Part shown: in pieces, positions 1 to 10,249 of the stretch | Numbering within the stretch: the stretch's first letter is position 1 | Layout of the letters: each line of letters begins with the position of its first letter | DNA from: Escherichia coli | GTDB taxonomy: Bacteria > Pseudomonadota > Gammaproteobacteria > Enterobacterales > Enterobacteriaceae | Reading direction: 5' to 3' (one strand) | Assembly: GCF_003790525.1 (NCBI RefSeq) | Contig: NZ_CP033635.1 | DNA: 64,000 bases | Translations under genes and position numbers: made by a program | The notes under the pieces: model-generated | Database searches by the model: none | Seen by the model: the letters and a program-made list of their open reading frames with translations, nothing else | What the model was told of the DNA's origin: nothing

Positions 1-257
1 TAACATCATTCATCAAAAATATTCTTATCGATGTAGAAAACATCAATGTAAATAGAATGTTTAATTACCTCCCATTCAGAATAGCAATGAGCGTCCATCA
101 TGTTTTTTGATTAGAATCGTATAATAAATGTTGCACTAAAATATTTATAACGAAGTAACAATGCGCACCTCAATACTTAAAGATTGAATGGGCTACCAAT
201 CAATGTGGATACGTATTGACGGGTAGCCAGGAGATTGAAATTACGTTCGGTCAAGAA

Positions 258-1592
258 TCAGAACATACTCACCACAAGAAATCCCAGAAGCACTGAGAAA
301 GCAATAGCCAGTACACCCGGAATAAAGAAAGCATGGTTGAACACATACTTACCAATACGGGTCGTTCCTGTGTCATCCATTTGCACCGCCCCCAGAAGGG
401 TTGGGTAAGTTGGTAACACAAATAAAGCAGACACAGCAGCAAAAGAAGCTACCAGCATGTAACTGTCATCCGGATTCGCTGCAGTAATACCCAATGCAGT
501 CACAATAGCCGGAGTGATAGCTTTGGCAGTTGCAGCCTGTGAATACAGAAGCATCGCAGCCAGGAAAAATACCACAGCCAGAAGAGCTGGATACTGGGAT
601 ACAGTAGTTCTGGCAAGCTCCTTAATTTCTCCTGAATGACCAGATACAAAAGTGTCCCCCAACCATGCCACACCCAGTACACAGATACAGGCAACCATGC
701 CTGACTTGAACACAGAGGAGTCCGCAATCTTGTTTATATCTGCTTTACAGAAAAGGGTAATGAATCCGCCAACCAGTAGCATGAGACTCATAATAGCCGC
801 ATCACGACTAACAACAACGTTATCAATCAGACCCAGCGTCGGGCTAATGGCCGAAGCGTAAAGGACCACCAGGATGACGCCAATAAGGAAAATTGCGACA
901 GATCGTCTGGCATAAGGCTTGAGCTGTTTGTTAACACTCTTTACTGGCGCGCTTACGAGTCCTTTGGAAAGACGCTCCCGGTAAACCGGATCATTGTCTA
1001 ATTTCATGTCAGAAATCAGACTGATTATAAATGCGGTAAGCATGCAACCAACGAATGTGGTAAACAACCATATCCCAAGCAATACTGGATAACTCCACCC
1101 AAAGCCTTCCAGTACGCCAGACATATAGATAACGGCAGCCGATACAGGTGATGCTGTAATTGCAATTTGAGATGATACAACCGCAATTGAGAGCGGACAT
1201 GAGGGCTTAATGTTTTGTTCTTTGGAAACTTCGACAATTACAGGGATCATTGAAAATGCAGTATGTCCCGTACCGGCAAAGATTGTCAGCACATAAGTGA
1301 CAACCGGAGCCAGGTAATTAATATATTTTGGATTTTTACGAAGAATTCGTTCAGCGACCTGAACGAGATAGTCCAGTCCTCCCGCCAGTTGCATGGCCGA
1401 AATAGCAGAAATTACCGATGCAATAATTAGAATCACATCCCAGGGGATATTACCAGGCTTCATATCCAGACAAAGCCCCAGAATCAATACCCCAATGCCA
1501 CCGGCATAACCAATACCAATCCCGCCCATACGGACACCCAAAAAGATTGCCCCCAGCAGAACCACTATCTGAAGAACAGTGATAATATCCAT
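258..1592 (-). CDS. Dcu-family anaerobic C4-dicarboxylate transporter (DcuA/DcuB-like divergent paralog)
   Basis: 444-aa polytopic membrane ORF; N-terminal block (GGIGIG..GVLILG..KPGNIP.DVI) and C-terminal blocks (LLYSQAATAKA, LPTYPTL, QMDDTGTTRIGK) match the DcuA/DcuB family as recalled; differs from K-12 DcuA so treated as a paralog. Confidence 0.85.
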   Translation of the reverse strand: MDIITVLQIVVLLGAIFLGVRMGGIGIGYAGGIGVLILGLCLDMKPGNIPWDVILIIASVISAISAMQLAGGLDYLVQVAERILRKNPKYINYLAPVVTYVLTIFAGTGHTAFSMIPVIVEVSKEQNIKPSCPLSIAVVSSQIAITASPVSAAVIYMSGVLEGFGWSYPVLLGIWLFTTFVGCMLTAFIISLISDMKLDNDPVYRERLSKGLVSAPVKSVNKQLKPYARRSVAIFLIGVILVVLYASAISPTLGLIDNVVVSRDAAIMSLMLLVGGFITLFCKADINKIADSSVFKSGMVACICVLGVAWLGDTFVSGHSGEIKELARTTVSQYPALLAVVFFLAAMLLYSQAATAKAITPAIVTALGITAANPDDSYMLVASFAAVSALFVLPTYPTLLGAVQMDDTGTTRIGKYVFNHAFFIPGVLAIAFSVLLGFLVVSMF

Positions 1593-1747
1593 GATTCTCT
1601 CCCGAATTAGTGAGACACCTTTACCCCTGAGCTCCTCTCAACAAAGGCCTTATGGAATGTATTTTTACAAACATCCGGGCAGAGGACTGATACGTTTTCA
1701 TTCGCGCCATCCCCTGCCGGATCTCCCTTCTTACAGATTCTGAACAA

Positions 1748-3148
1748 TTATTGTTCGAACTTCGGAGCAATCAGATTATCCAGATTGAATGTCTTCTCCC
1801 ATTCTTCCTGTGTGAGTAGCTTACGTTCGACAACCACTATCTGATGGAGGGATTTGCCTGTATGGTATGCTTCGTGCGCCATTTCAGAACACACCTTATA
1901 TCCCAGATGTGGCTTCAGGAGAGTCACAATACCGCAGGAATGCATTACCATCTCTGCAGTTCGATCGGAATTAGCTGTAATGCCATCAATGCATTTAGTT
2001 CGGAGTGTGTTACAGGCATTCGTCATCACCTTGAGTGAGGTGAACAGCGCAAAGGTGATGACCGGCTCCATAACGTTAAGCTCAAGCTGACCAGCAGATG
2101 CCGCCAGCATCACTGTGGTGTCCAGCCCCTGAACCAGGAAGCAAGACTGGTTTGTTACTTCCGGGATAACGGGGTTAACCTTACCAGGCATAATGGAAGA
2201 ACCCGGTTGCAATTGAGGCAGGTTAATTTCAGCCAGGCCGCAACGGGGGCCTGAAGCAAGCAGTCGAATGTCATTACAAACCTTGGTAAGCTTCACAGAG
2301 AGGCTCTTCATGGCCGAACTGAGTGCAACATATGCACCACAGTCGCTTGTGGCAGCGATGAGATCTTCACTGTTCCTGAAATTAATGCCTGTGATCTGGG
2401 CCAGATATTTCACGGCTAAAGCGGGATAATCCGGGTGAGCGGTAACACAGGTACCAATCGCAGTAGCACCAAGGTTTACAACCCGCAGGTGTTCCTGTGC
2501 ATTACGGATGACCCGAATTTCATCATTAATTGTAAAACCCCAGCCATGGAACTCCTGGCCGAGAGTCATTGGCACTGCATCCTGCAGGTGAGTACGTCCC
2601 ATCTTGAGCACTGTGCTGAACTCGTCAGCCTTTTTGTAGAATGCTCCTACGAGGTGTTCAACAGCTTCAAGCAATACATTGCTTCGCAGCAGCAATGCCA
2701 GATGTAATGCTGTCGGATATGTATCATTGGTGGACTGACCAAAATTAGCATGGTCGTTTGGCGAAACGCGTTTGTAATCCCCTTTAACGCTACCAAGTTT
2801 TTCTGCAGCAAGATTACAAATCACTTCATTGCAGTTCATATTGGTTGACGTTCCGGCTCCCCCCTGAAGCCAGTCGGTCACAAACTGTTCCCGGTACTTA
2901 CCATCAATTAATTGGTCGCAAGCCCAGATTAAAGCATCCGCAACATCAGCAGGAATTGTACCTAACTCCTTATTAGCCATCGCAGCTGCTTTTTTCACAT
3001 AACCGAAGGCAATGATGAAGAAGGGCTCCTGACTCATTGGCATTTCAGTAATATGGAAATTATCCTCACCACGAAGTGTCTGAACACCATAATAGCAATC
3101 ATCCGGAACTTCACGCTCACCAAGGAAATCGCTTTCAATACGAGACAT
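1748..3148 (-). CDS. aspartate ammonia-lyase / class II fumarase family protein (copy A)
   Basis: 466-aa ORF; MSRIESDFLGEREVPDD..YYGVQTLRG N-terminus, GGAGTSTNMN and GSSIMPGKVNPVIPE signature blocks typical of aspartase/fumarase C family; near-identical inverted copy at 30835-32235. Confidence 0.88.
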   Translation of the reverse strand: MSRIESDFLGEREVPDDCYYGVQTLRGEDNFHITEMPMSQEPFFIIAFGYVKKAAAMANKELGTIPADVADALIWACDQLIDGKYREQFVTDWLQGGAGTSTNMNCNEVICNLAAEKLGSVKGDYKRVSPNDHANFGQSTNDTYPTALHLALLLRSNVLLEAVEHLVGAFYKKADEFSTVLKMGRTHLQDAVPMTLGQEFHGWGFTINDEIRVIRNAQEHLRVVNLGATAIGTCVTAHPDYPALAVKYLAQITGINFRNSEDLIAATSDCGAYVALSSAMKSLSVKLTKVCNDIRLLASGPRCGLAEINLPQLQPGSSIMPGKVNPVIPEVTNQSCFLVQGLDTTVMLAASAGQLELNVMEPVITFALFTSLKVMTNACNTLRTKCIDGITANSDRTAEMVMHSCGIVTLLKPHLGYKVCSEMAHEAYHTGKSLHQIVVVERKLLTQEEWEKTFNLDNLIAPKFEQ

Positions 3149-4013
3149 AATTTTCTAACTCCATTTTTCGAAAACAATGTGACAATAACAAATTGTTTTC
3201 ATAAAACACTTATCCAACATTAAGAATGAATACTTATAATCACCAGATGACATAACCATTACCATCTAATGGAATATATTTAAACTAATAAGATAAACTT
3301 AAAACGTGATATCAAGCACATTTTTATAACGTTAAAATTAGTGGGTTATTTAGCAATCAAATATAACCAGTAAAAGCCCGAAATATGCAGATAACGCTGC
3401 ACTAATATGATTAAGATCAAAAAAAACAATTCCGCAATCAAACTTATTATTAATGCTGATTTTTTAAATCATGATTAAGTAGAACTATTTTATAATAGCA
3501 TCCCGGTTTGGTCACATCCTTCAGAAAAACAACCTGTTTACCACCATAGAAAATCTATATCTCTGCTAGGTTTTCCAGCGTTGTAGATATAGTCACTCAT
3601 GGTGATTCTTATTAAGATAAGAGTTTTTACACGGGAATGTTATTGCACTTCTAATTGATAAATCTTGGAATAGAGTAGAAAACGTAATGTTTCCACTCCA
3701 TCTTCCGCTTTAATGGTTTGTAATTTGAGTTAGATCATGGATTTTAACATCCATTATGATTAATTATTTTTAGATGATTTGATCACTAAATCGTCTTTCA
3801 GGGTGTAACGGCATTAATCATCACAAGCTAAAAAAACGCCATACTGTAATGGAGTCTGTATTTTATGTTCAATCATGCAAAGGCTCTTCATAATTATCAT
3901 TTCTCTCTTGGAAAAATGACAGCCTGAACATAGCATAAATTCACGTTCTTCAGAGTCAGAAGGTGTTAATAAACTGTCCCTAAAATCTGGAAAATGTTGA
4001 AGAAGGCATCTCA
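3149..4013. promoter_or_regulatory. AT-rich divergent intergenic region between aspartase-like copy A (minus) and pepT-like gene (plus); likely carries both promoters
   Basis: about 865 bp without convincing ORF, strongly AT-rich, flanked by divergently oriented start codons. Confidence 0.3.
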
Positions 4014-5270
4014 ATGGATATTGTCGAACGCTTTATCAATTATACAAAAATTAATACCACTACCTCACGAGAAAACGGCGCAAAAGGGATCATGCCTTCA
4101 TCTCCTGGTCAGATGAAACTTGCGAAATTGTTGGTGAGTGAACTTGAAGCATTGGGTATGGAGGATATTATTCTCAGAGAGAATGCTATCGTAACAGCAA
4201 CACTCCCTGCAAATACTGACGAAACAATCCCCGTCGTTTCCTTTTTTGGACATCTGGACACCAGTGCCGAACAGACAGCCGATACAAAAGCGCAACGATT
4301 ACCTTATAATGGGGGCGATCTCTGTCTGAACCCTGAACTGAATATTTATTTGCGTGAGAGTGAATTCCCGGAGCTCAAAAATTATATTGGCGATGACCTT
4401 ATAGTGACAGATGGTACCAGCCTTCTGGGGGCCGATGATAAAGCGGCGCTGGCGGCCATAATGAACGCACTTCAATTTCTGATTTCTCATCCTGAAATCA
4501 GGCATGGAGAAGTTAAAGTTGGGTTTGTGCCAGATGAAGAGCAGGGGTTACGGGGGGCCAAAGCCTTCGATGTTTCAGAGTTTGGCGCAGATTTTGGCTA
4601 CACTCTGGATTGCTGCGGTATTGGAGAATTTGTTTACGAAAACTGGAATGCGGGTGATGCAGAAATTATCTTTACCGGCCAGTCTGCACACCCTATGTCA
4701 GCGAAAGGCAAGCTTAAGAACTCTCTTTTGATGGCTCACAAATTCATTTCGATGTTGCCAGGAGGAGAAGCGCCTGAATATACAGAAGGACGCGAAGGCT
4801 ATTATTGGGTGAAACAGTTACAGGGAAACAGTGCCAGAACTGTACTAAAACTGGATATACGAGATTTCAGCGAGGAAGGATATCACGCCCGGAAGACATT
4901 TGTACGCCAGCTTGCAGAAAGTGCTTGTGCATTATGGGGAGAAGGAAGCGTGATCTGCCAACTGAGCGATCGGTACGCCAATGTCTTTAACAGTCTGCAG
5001 GGAGAGGGGCATTATCCCATCGACATTGCCCTGCGAGCTTACCAACGATGTGGTATTACTCCGACACCGGTGGCGATGCGTGGAGGATATGATGGCGCTG
5101 TTCTTTCACAAAAAGGATTACCCTGCCCGAACATTTTTACCGGCGCACATAATTTCCATTCTATCTATGAATATCTTCCAGTCCGTTCACTTCGGGCGGC
5201 AAGTGATGTGGTTATTGCCATCATTCAGGAGACATTCAATGGGTTCACCACAGGGAATCGTGAGTCATGA
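4014..5270 (+). CDS. peptidase T-like tripeptidase (M20B family metallopeptidase)
   Basis: 418-aa ORF; blocks FFGHLDTS, TDGTSLLGADDKAA, VGFVPDEE, IFTGQSAHP resemble PepT/M20 family as recalled. Confidence 0.8.
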   Translation: MDIVERFINYTKINTTTSRENGAKGIMPSSPGQMKLAKLLVSELEALGMEDIILRENAIVTATLPANTDETIPVVSFFGHLDTSAEQTADTKAQRLPYNGGDLCLNPELNIYLRESEFPELKNYIGDDLIVTDGTSLLGADDKAALAAIMNALQFLISHPEIRHGEVKVGFVPDEEQGLRGAKAFDVSEFGADFGYTLDCCGIGEFVYENWNAGDAEIIFTGQSAHPMSAKGKLKNSLLMAHKFISMLPGGEAPEYTEGREGYYWVKQLQGNSARTVLKLDIRDFSEEGYHARKTFVRQLAESACALWGEGSVICQLSDRYANVFNSLQGEGHYPIDIALRAYQRCGITPTPVAMRGGYDGAVLSQKGLPCPNIFTGAHNFHSIYEYLPVRSLRAASDVVIAIIQETFNGFTTGNRES

Positions 5271-6628
5271 TTAAAGTTGTTATCGCGCTTCTTGTTATCG
5301 TGATAGTTGCTCGCTTAATCCTGAAAGGATATCGTGCAGAACCCGTGCTTTTTATTGCCGGGCTTGCGCTGATGGTTTGTACCTGGTTTACCGGTTGGGG
5401 CACAGTGTTACCGAAGGGCGTGTCCGGTACAGGAATTAGTTTTCTTGATCCTTTCGAAGTCATGCGCAATTTATTCAGTACCCGTGCGGCTGATCTCGGT
5501 CTGATGATTATGACCCTGATGGGATTTGCGCATTACATGGACCATATCGGTGCGAATGAAGCGGTTGTCCGTGTGGTAACCCGGCCATTACGGACATTAC
5601 GTTCCCCCTATGTTCTGCTTTTTTTCTCTTATCTTTTCGCCAGTCTTCTTCAACTGGCTATCCCCTCAGCTACCGGACTTGCTGTTTTACTGATGGGAAC
5701 CATGTTTCCTATTATGCTCGGACTCGGGCTGTCAGCAGCGTCTGCCGCAGGGGTAATTGCCACCTCTCTTGGTGTGGCGTACACACCGACAGCCATTGAC
5801 GCCATACGAGGCTCTGAAGCGGTAAATATGGATGTGGTGGAGTATGTTGTCTATCATCAGGGGCCTGCTGCTCTGGCGACTGTTCTGATTGTCGGTATCA
5901 GCCACTTTTTCTGGCAGAAACACTGTGATCGTAAAGCTGGAACATTACCTCATGAAATTGGTACGACAACGGTCATAAAAGCAGGCAGTACGCCGGCTTA
6001 TTATGCTCTGCTACCTATGCTACCGATCCTGATGGCCGTTGGCTCATCGGAGATTTTTGTCACCGGAATTAATCTCAATATCATTACGATTGTTCTTATC
6101 TCAATGGCAATTTGCATGCTGATCGAATGGGTCCGTAAATGTGATCTGAAAGCTGTATGTGACGGGTTTACCCATTTCCTGAAAGGAATGGGGACAGCAT
6201 TTACCGGCGTGGTGGGCTTACTGGTGGCCGCAGGTGTGTTTGCTCATGGGATTAAAAGCATTGGCGCGATAGATCAATTAATTTTGATGGCAGAGCACGT
6301 TGGGTTACCCCCTTTTGCGATGGGCATCGTTTTTGCTCTGGTTACACTGGCTGCAGCTGTCATTATGGGATCGGGCAATGCGCCATTTCTGGCTTTTGTT
6401 GAACTGATACCACAAATCGCTGCCAGCATGGGCGTGAATGCCATATCGATGATCCTGCCTATGCAGCAGGCTTCCCATATGGGGCGTGCGATGTCTCCCG
6501 TATCTGGCGTGGTTATAGCGGTTTCCAGTGGAGCAAATATAACTCCCTTCGAAGTGGTAAAACGCACTGCTTTACCCCTGATAGTTGGTTTTGTTTTTCA
6601 CTCTGCGATTATCGGTATTTTTTATTAA
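5267..6628 (+). CDS. DcuC-family (C4-dicarboxylate anaerobic carrier-like) transporter
   Basis: 453-aa membrane ORF; similarity to DcuC as recalled (ARLILKGY.., GNAPF.AFVE.IP, PVSGVV.AV); start ATG overlaps pepT-like stop (ATGA), so translationally coupled. Confidence 0.75.
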   Translation: MIKVVIALLVIVIVARLILKGYRAEPVLFIAGLALMVCTWFTGWGTVLPKGVSGTGISFLDPFEVMRNLFSTRAADLGLMIMTLMGFAHYMDHIGANEAVVRVVTRPLRTLRSPYVLLFFSYLFASLLQLAIPSATGLAVLLMGTMFPIMLGLGLSAASAAGVIATSLGVAYTPTAIDAIRGSEAVNMDVVEYVVYHQGPAALATVLIVGISHFFWQKHCDRKAGTLPHEIGTTTVIKAGSTPAYYALLPMLPILMAVGSSEIFVTGINLNIITIVLISMAICMLIEWVRKCDLKAVCDGFTHFLKGMGTAFTGVVGLLVAAGVFAHGIKSIGAIDQLILMAEHVGLPPFAMGIVFALVTLAAAVIMGSGNAPFLAFVELIPQIAASMGVNAISMILPMQQASHMGRAMSPVSGVVIAVSSGANITPFEVVKRTALPLIVGFVFHSAIIGIFY

Positions 6629-6639
6629 CTTGTTTTAGA

Positions 6640-8000
6640 TTGTCATCCTCCACGCCCAGAAGGATGTGGATTCCTGCTAATCAGGCTATTGCCGGAATCA
6701 TTTCGGTGGGCTCCTGCTTAAACAAAAGGCCTGACTGCACCATCTCTTTACAGGCAAGTACGGCGTGCCCTGCAGCTAAAATATTACGGGTGCCGTTTAC
6801 ATCGGCGCTCGCTGCATATGTGCGCCGGGCATGGCGCGTAGCGCCGTGACTGGCGCTGTTCTTCAACTGTGGTGGCTGAAGAACGACTAAGAGGTGAAAG
6901 TCCTCCACACACCCGGTGAGGGGAAGTGTTAGCGGAAGGCAAGGGTGTTCATCGCGAGGTGAAATCTGAAGGAAGCCGGATGCAAAATGCTGGCCTGACG
7001 AACAGGAAGCGGTTAAGGCGGCGCAGCAGGGTAAGGTGGCACAAATCACCAAAGCCCGATACTCACACGGAACGCTGTGACGTAAAGCCGACAGGCATAA
7101 GCAGGAAAGTCGCGTGAATTACCCCGGGAGATCTGTCGCCCTGCCAGTGTGCTACCGGTGCCGTGAGGCGCCGGGATGGGGCGGCAGAAGTCAGCCGACG
7201 CCGTAGTAGTGCTGCAAAACCGGCAGCATGAAGGGCCGAACATGATTAACTGTGATTAGGACATCCGAACCCGATGATGATTAATGAAGCACACGCGCAG
7301 GCAACTGCGGCCAGCGGCAGAGGAGACGGACAGTATCCGTCAGGGCTGCATGATGGCGCTGAAATCAGCACGGCGGCGGGTGGGCAAACGAAAGCGGAAG
7401 TGCCGCTGACGATGGAAGCGGTGATAACGAGAGAAAACCTGATGCTGGCTTATCAGCGCGTGGTGGAAAACAAAGGTGTGTCGGAGTTGAAACCGTGGCT
7501 GAAGAAGAACTGGCGCAGCGTATGGCAGGTATTGATTGACGGAAACTACCAGCCGCGGGCAATACGCCGGATGGATATCCCGAAGCCGGATGGCGGCGTG
7601 AGAACCTTAGGCATCCCGACGGTGGTGGACAGGCTTATCCAGCAGGCGATAGCGCAGCAGTTAAGCGCCATCGTGGACACAGCTTCTGCCGCTACGCAGA
7701 CGACTGCAACATCTACGTAAGCAGCCGGAAAGCGGGCGACCATCTGCTGAAGGACATCAGGGCGTTCGTGGAGAGCAAACTGAAACAGAAGGTGAATGAG
7801 AAGAAGAGCGCGGTGGCGCGCCCGTGGGAGCGGAAGTTGTGGGCTGACAGTGACGGACCGTGCTGCTTCACCAAACGCCTTGGACGGCAGGCGGAACTTG
7901 GATCGTTACGTACTTGAAAAGTGGATCAACAAGAGGGTTCAACGAGACTGGGGAGTTATATTTCTTTCTCAAGGTCCGGCATTTATCTCTTCCACATGAA
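6640..8000 (+). mobile_element. group II intron remnant (5' RNA domains plus internally deleted reverse-transcriptase/maturase ORF); boundaries approximate
   Basis: ORF 7274-7720 has the RT domain 0-2 signature (ENLMLAYQRV..IPKPDGGVRTLGIPTVVDRLIQQAIAQQL); a downstream frame has RYADDCNIYV..KLKQKVNEKKSAVARPWERK (RT domain 5-7 and thumb); the intervening RT domains are missing and no domain V/VI was seen. Confidence 0.7.
7274..7720 (+). pseudogene. group II intron reverse transcriptase/maturase, N-terminal fragment (internally deleted, frameshifted)
   Basis: see group II intron remnant; RT motifs split between frames, indicating deletion. Confidence 0.7.
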
Positions 8001-8243
8001 ATCTCGATATAAAGTCAGACACGGATGTCCTACTGAAAGCGGGGGGAAGTATGGTGATAGAGGTCAGCGGGAACCTATCCATAAAAGTCACTCATTACAC
8101 TAAAAAATATGTGCATATTATTTGCGTGCAATTAAATTTTGCAAAATCGAATTAGCATAATTTTTTTTGATAGAAGTCAAATAAACATAATGGAAAAAGT
8201 TTAAATATTTATATTGTATAAACTTCAGACAAAAGGAGGAGTT

Positions 8244-9275
8244 ATGAATAAAATAAAAGGTATAACAGTAATGGCAGCCTTCGCATTGTGTATAGGATAT
8301 GCTCACGCTGAATCTCAAACGCCAATACGCCTTGTAATTCATGGTGGAGCTGGCACCATAACAAAAGATACTATTACACCTGAACAAGAAAAACAATACA
8401 GAGAAAAGTTAACAGATGCACTAAATGCTGGGTATGCTGTGCTTAATAGTGGAGGAAGTAGCCTTGATGCTGTTCAGCGTGCAATTAATGTTATGGAGGA
8501 CTCTCCCCTCTTCAATGCTGGAAAAGGCGCTGTCTTTACTCATGATGGCAAAAACGAACTTGATGCTGCAATTATGGATGGAAAAACCAAAATGGCCGGA
8601 GCCGTTGCAGGAGTGACGACCATAAAAAACCCTATAAACGCTGCTTATGCAGTTATGACTAAAAGCCCTCATGTATTAATGATCTCTAATGGTGCGGAAC
8701 TATTTGCAAAAGAGCAAGGCTTAGTTATGGTTGAGCCAGCATATTTCAAAACTGATTTCCGTTGGCAACAGCTACAGAACGCTTTAAAAGACGAAAAAAT
8801 AACCCTTGATCATAATGGTAAATCAGCATCTCTTTTACTCCCCCCAAAGAACTACGACTATAAATATGGAACTGTTGGAGCAGTCGCGTTGGACAAAGAT
8901 GGTAATCTGGCAGCTGGAACATCAACAGGAGGTATGACAAATAAACGTTACGGACGCGTAGGTGACTCGCCAATAATTGGAGCAGGAACCTATGCCGATA
9001 ATAATACCGTTGCTGTTTCTGCTACAGGTACTGGAGAAATGTTTATTAGAACTTCAACTGCATACAATATTGCTGCTCAGGTGAAATATAAAAATACACC
9101 ATTGAAAGAAGCAGCTCAAAATGCGCTTGATGAAGTTAAAAACATTAATGGTAGTGGTGGTGTCATTGTTCTAGATAAGAATGGTAATTATACTATGAGT
9201 TTCAATACAGAAGGGATGTATCGTGGAACTATCGGCAACGATGGTAAAGCTATCGTATCAATTTATGAACAATAG
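8244..9275 (+). CDS. isoaspartyl peptidase / L-asparaginase family Ntn-hydrolase with N-terminal signal peptide (periplasmic)
   Basis: RBS AAGGAGG 7 nt upstream of ATG 8244; signal peptide MNKIKGITVMAAFALCIGYAHA; blocks GTVGAVALD.DGNLAAGTSTGGMTNK and GTGE.FIR match IaaA/plant-type asparaginase family. Confidence 0.85.
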   Translation: MNKIKGITVMAAFALCIGYAHAESQTPIRLVIHGGAGTITKDTITPEQEKQYREKLTDALNAGYAVLNSGGSSLDAVQRAINVMEDSPLFNAGKGAVFTHDGKNELDAAIMDGKTKMAGAVAGVTTIKNPINAAYAVMTKSPHVLMISNGAELFAKEQGLVMVEPAYFKTDFRWQQLQNALKDEKITLDHNGKSASLLLPPKNYDYKYGTVGAVALDKDGNLAAGTSTGGMTNKRYGRVGDSPIIGAGTYADNNTVAVSATGTGEMFIRTSTAYNIAAQVKYKNTPLKEAAQNALDEVKNINGSGGVIVLDKNGNYTMSFNTEGMYRGTIGNDGKAIVSIYEQ

Positions 9276-9304
9276 ATAAAATATTTTATACATCGTCTTG
9301 CCCT

Positions 9305-9338
9305 TAAGGCCCATTTTAAAAGCGGGCCTTTATTTAAT
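9305..9338 (+). terminator. rho-independent terminator after isoaspartyl peptidase gene
   Basis: stem AAGGCCC/GGGCCTT followed by T-rich run. Confidence 0.6.
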
Positions 9339-9571
9339 AAATATTCTTAACGCCTCCTTATTTCACAGCTAAAAGAAGAGTAATTCTTAGACTCATTAAC
9401 CGTCTCTCTACCGAGACGCTTACCCATATCCAGCCCGTACCCTGCAGAAATACCGCGATGTATAGCGTTTCTGTGTCATGGTGAAAAGTACAGGAGGAAA
9501 TTATAAATTCTGGGAATATCCCTGGTTATAACATTTTGTAATACATTAAGTGATATCATTATTTATGATGT

Positions 9572-9605
9572 AAAAAGGGGCCTGCAATAGCCCCTGAAAA
9601 ATCAG
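9572..9605. terminator. bidirectional hairpin terminator (AGGGGC..GCCCCT flanked by A/T runs) downstream of the minus-strand small gene
   Basis: perfect 6-bp stem with A-run upstream and downstream. Confidence 0.5.
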
Positions 9606-9612
9606 AAAACCT

Positions 9613-9891
9613 TCATTTTATACCTGCAGCGCTCATTGACTGCCGCAGTGCATCCAGTCCTTGCTTACAGGCCATATCCTGACTGGCGTCAGGTAAAGCT
9701 GCAATTTGTTTTCGGGATTGTTCATATTGCTGTTTCAGCGTATTAACCTGTGCTTCTGGTGTTCCCATTTCCTTCATCTTTGCTACAAAATTATCGATTT
9801 CTTTATAATACTCTTCACATGCCGGAGTCAGTGCTGCACTGGCTGACATACTGAATAATACTGTAGTAAGTAAGACTGTAATTGTTTTCAT
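9613..9891 (-). CDS. small secreted protein of unknown function (signal peptide, two Cys)
   Basis: start at internal Met with AAGGAG RBS; MKTITVLLTTVLFSMSASA signal peptide; 92 aa. Confidence 0.6.
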   Translation of the reverse strand: MKTITVLLTTVLFSMSASAALTPACEEYYKEIDNFVAKMKEMGTPEAQVNTLKQQYEQSRKQIAALPDASQDMACKQGLDALRQSMSAAGIK

Positions 9892-10249
9892 AAATACACT
9901 CCTTTTTTGTACAAAAACACTCAACCTTCCTGAGAAGGCCATAAAAGCAGAATGTTATTGGAATATCAGCAAAACGAGTATTCCCACAGGTTTTTTCTTG
10001 GTATCAGAATTCTGGGATATAAATCCAGTAAATGATGGAGTAAGTCCGAAAGAATATGTGGTGTGATTACGGACTACCAGTAAATATTACTGATTTCATG
10101 CCATGAAAATACTCATTATAAAAAGCGCCTGTATGCTGCTTATAAAATATCAGAATCCGATGTGTCAAAATGTGATATATATTAAAAAATAAATAAGACT
10201 GACCCAATATACCAAAAGAGGATGACAGAAGTGAAGGATAACCGTATTA

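Noticed and set aside
1844-2707. Plus-strand ORFs (64-90 aa) nested inside aspartase copy A, mirrored by identical minus-strand ORFs inside copy B (31276-32139)
   Set aside because: They are antisense to a well-supported coding gene and are duplicated only because the host gene is duplicated; no independent coding evidence.
6274-6567. 97-aa minus-strand ORF inside the DcuC-like transporter gene
   Set aside because: Antisense to a hydrophobic transporter gene; no supporting features.
8118-8396. 92-aa minus-strand ORF in the AT-rich region upstream of the isoaspartyl peptidase gene
   Set aside because: Low-complexity AT-rich translation overlapping the promoter/RBS and start of the plus-strand gene; likely spurious.
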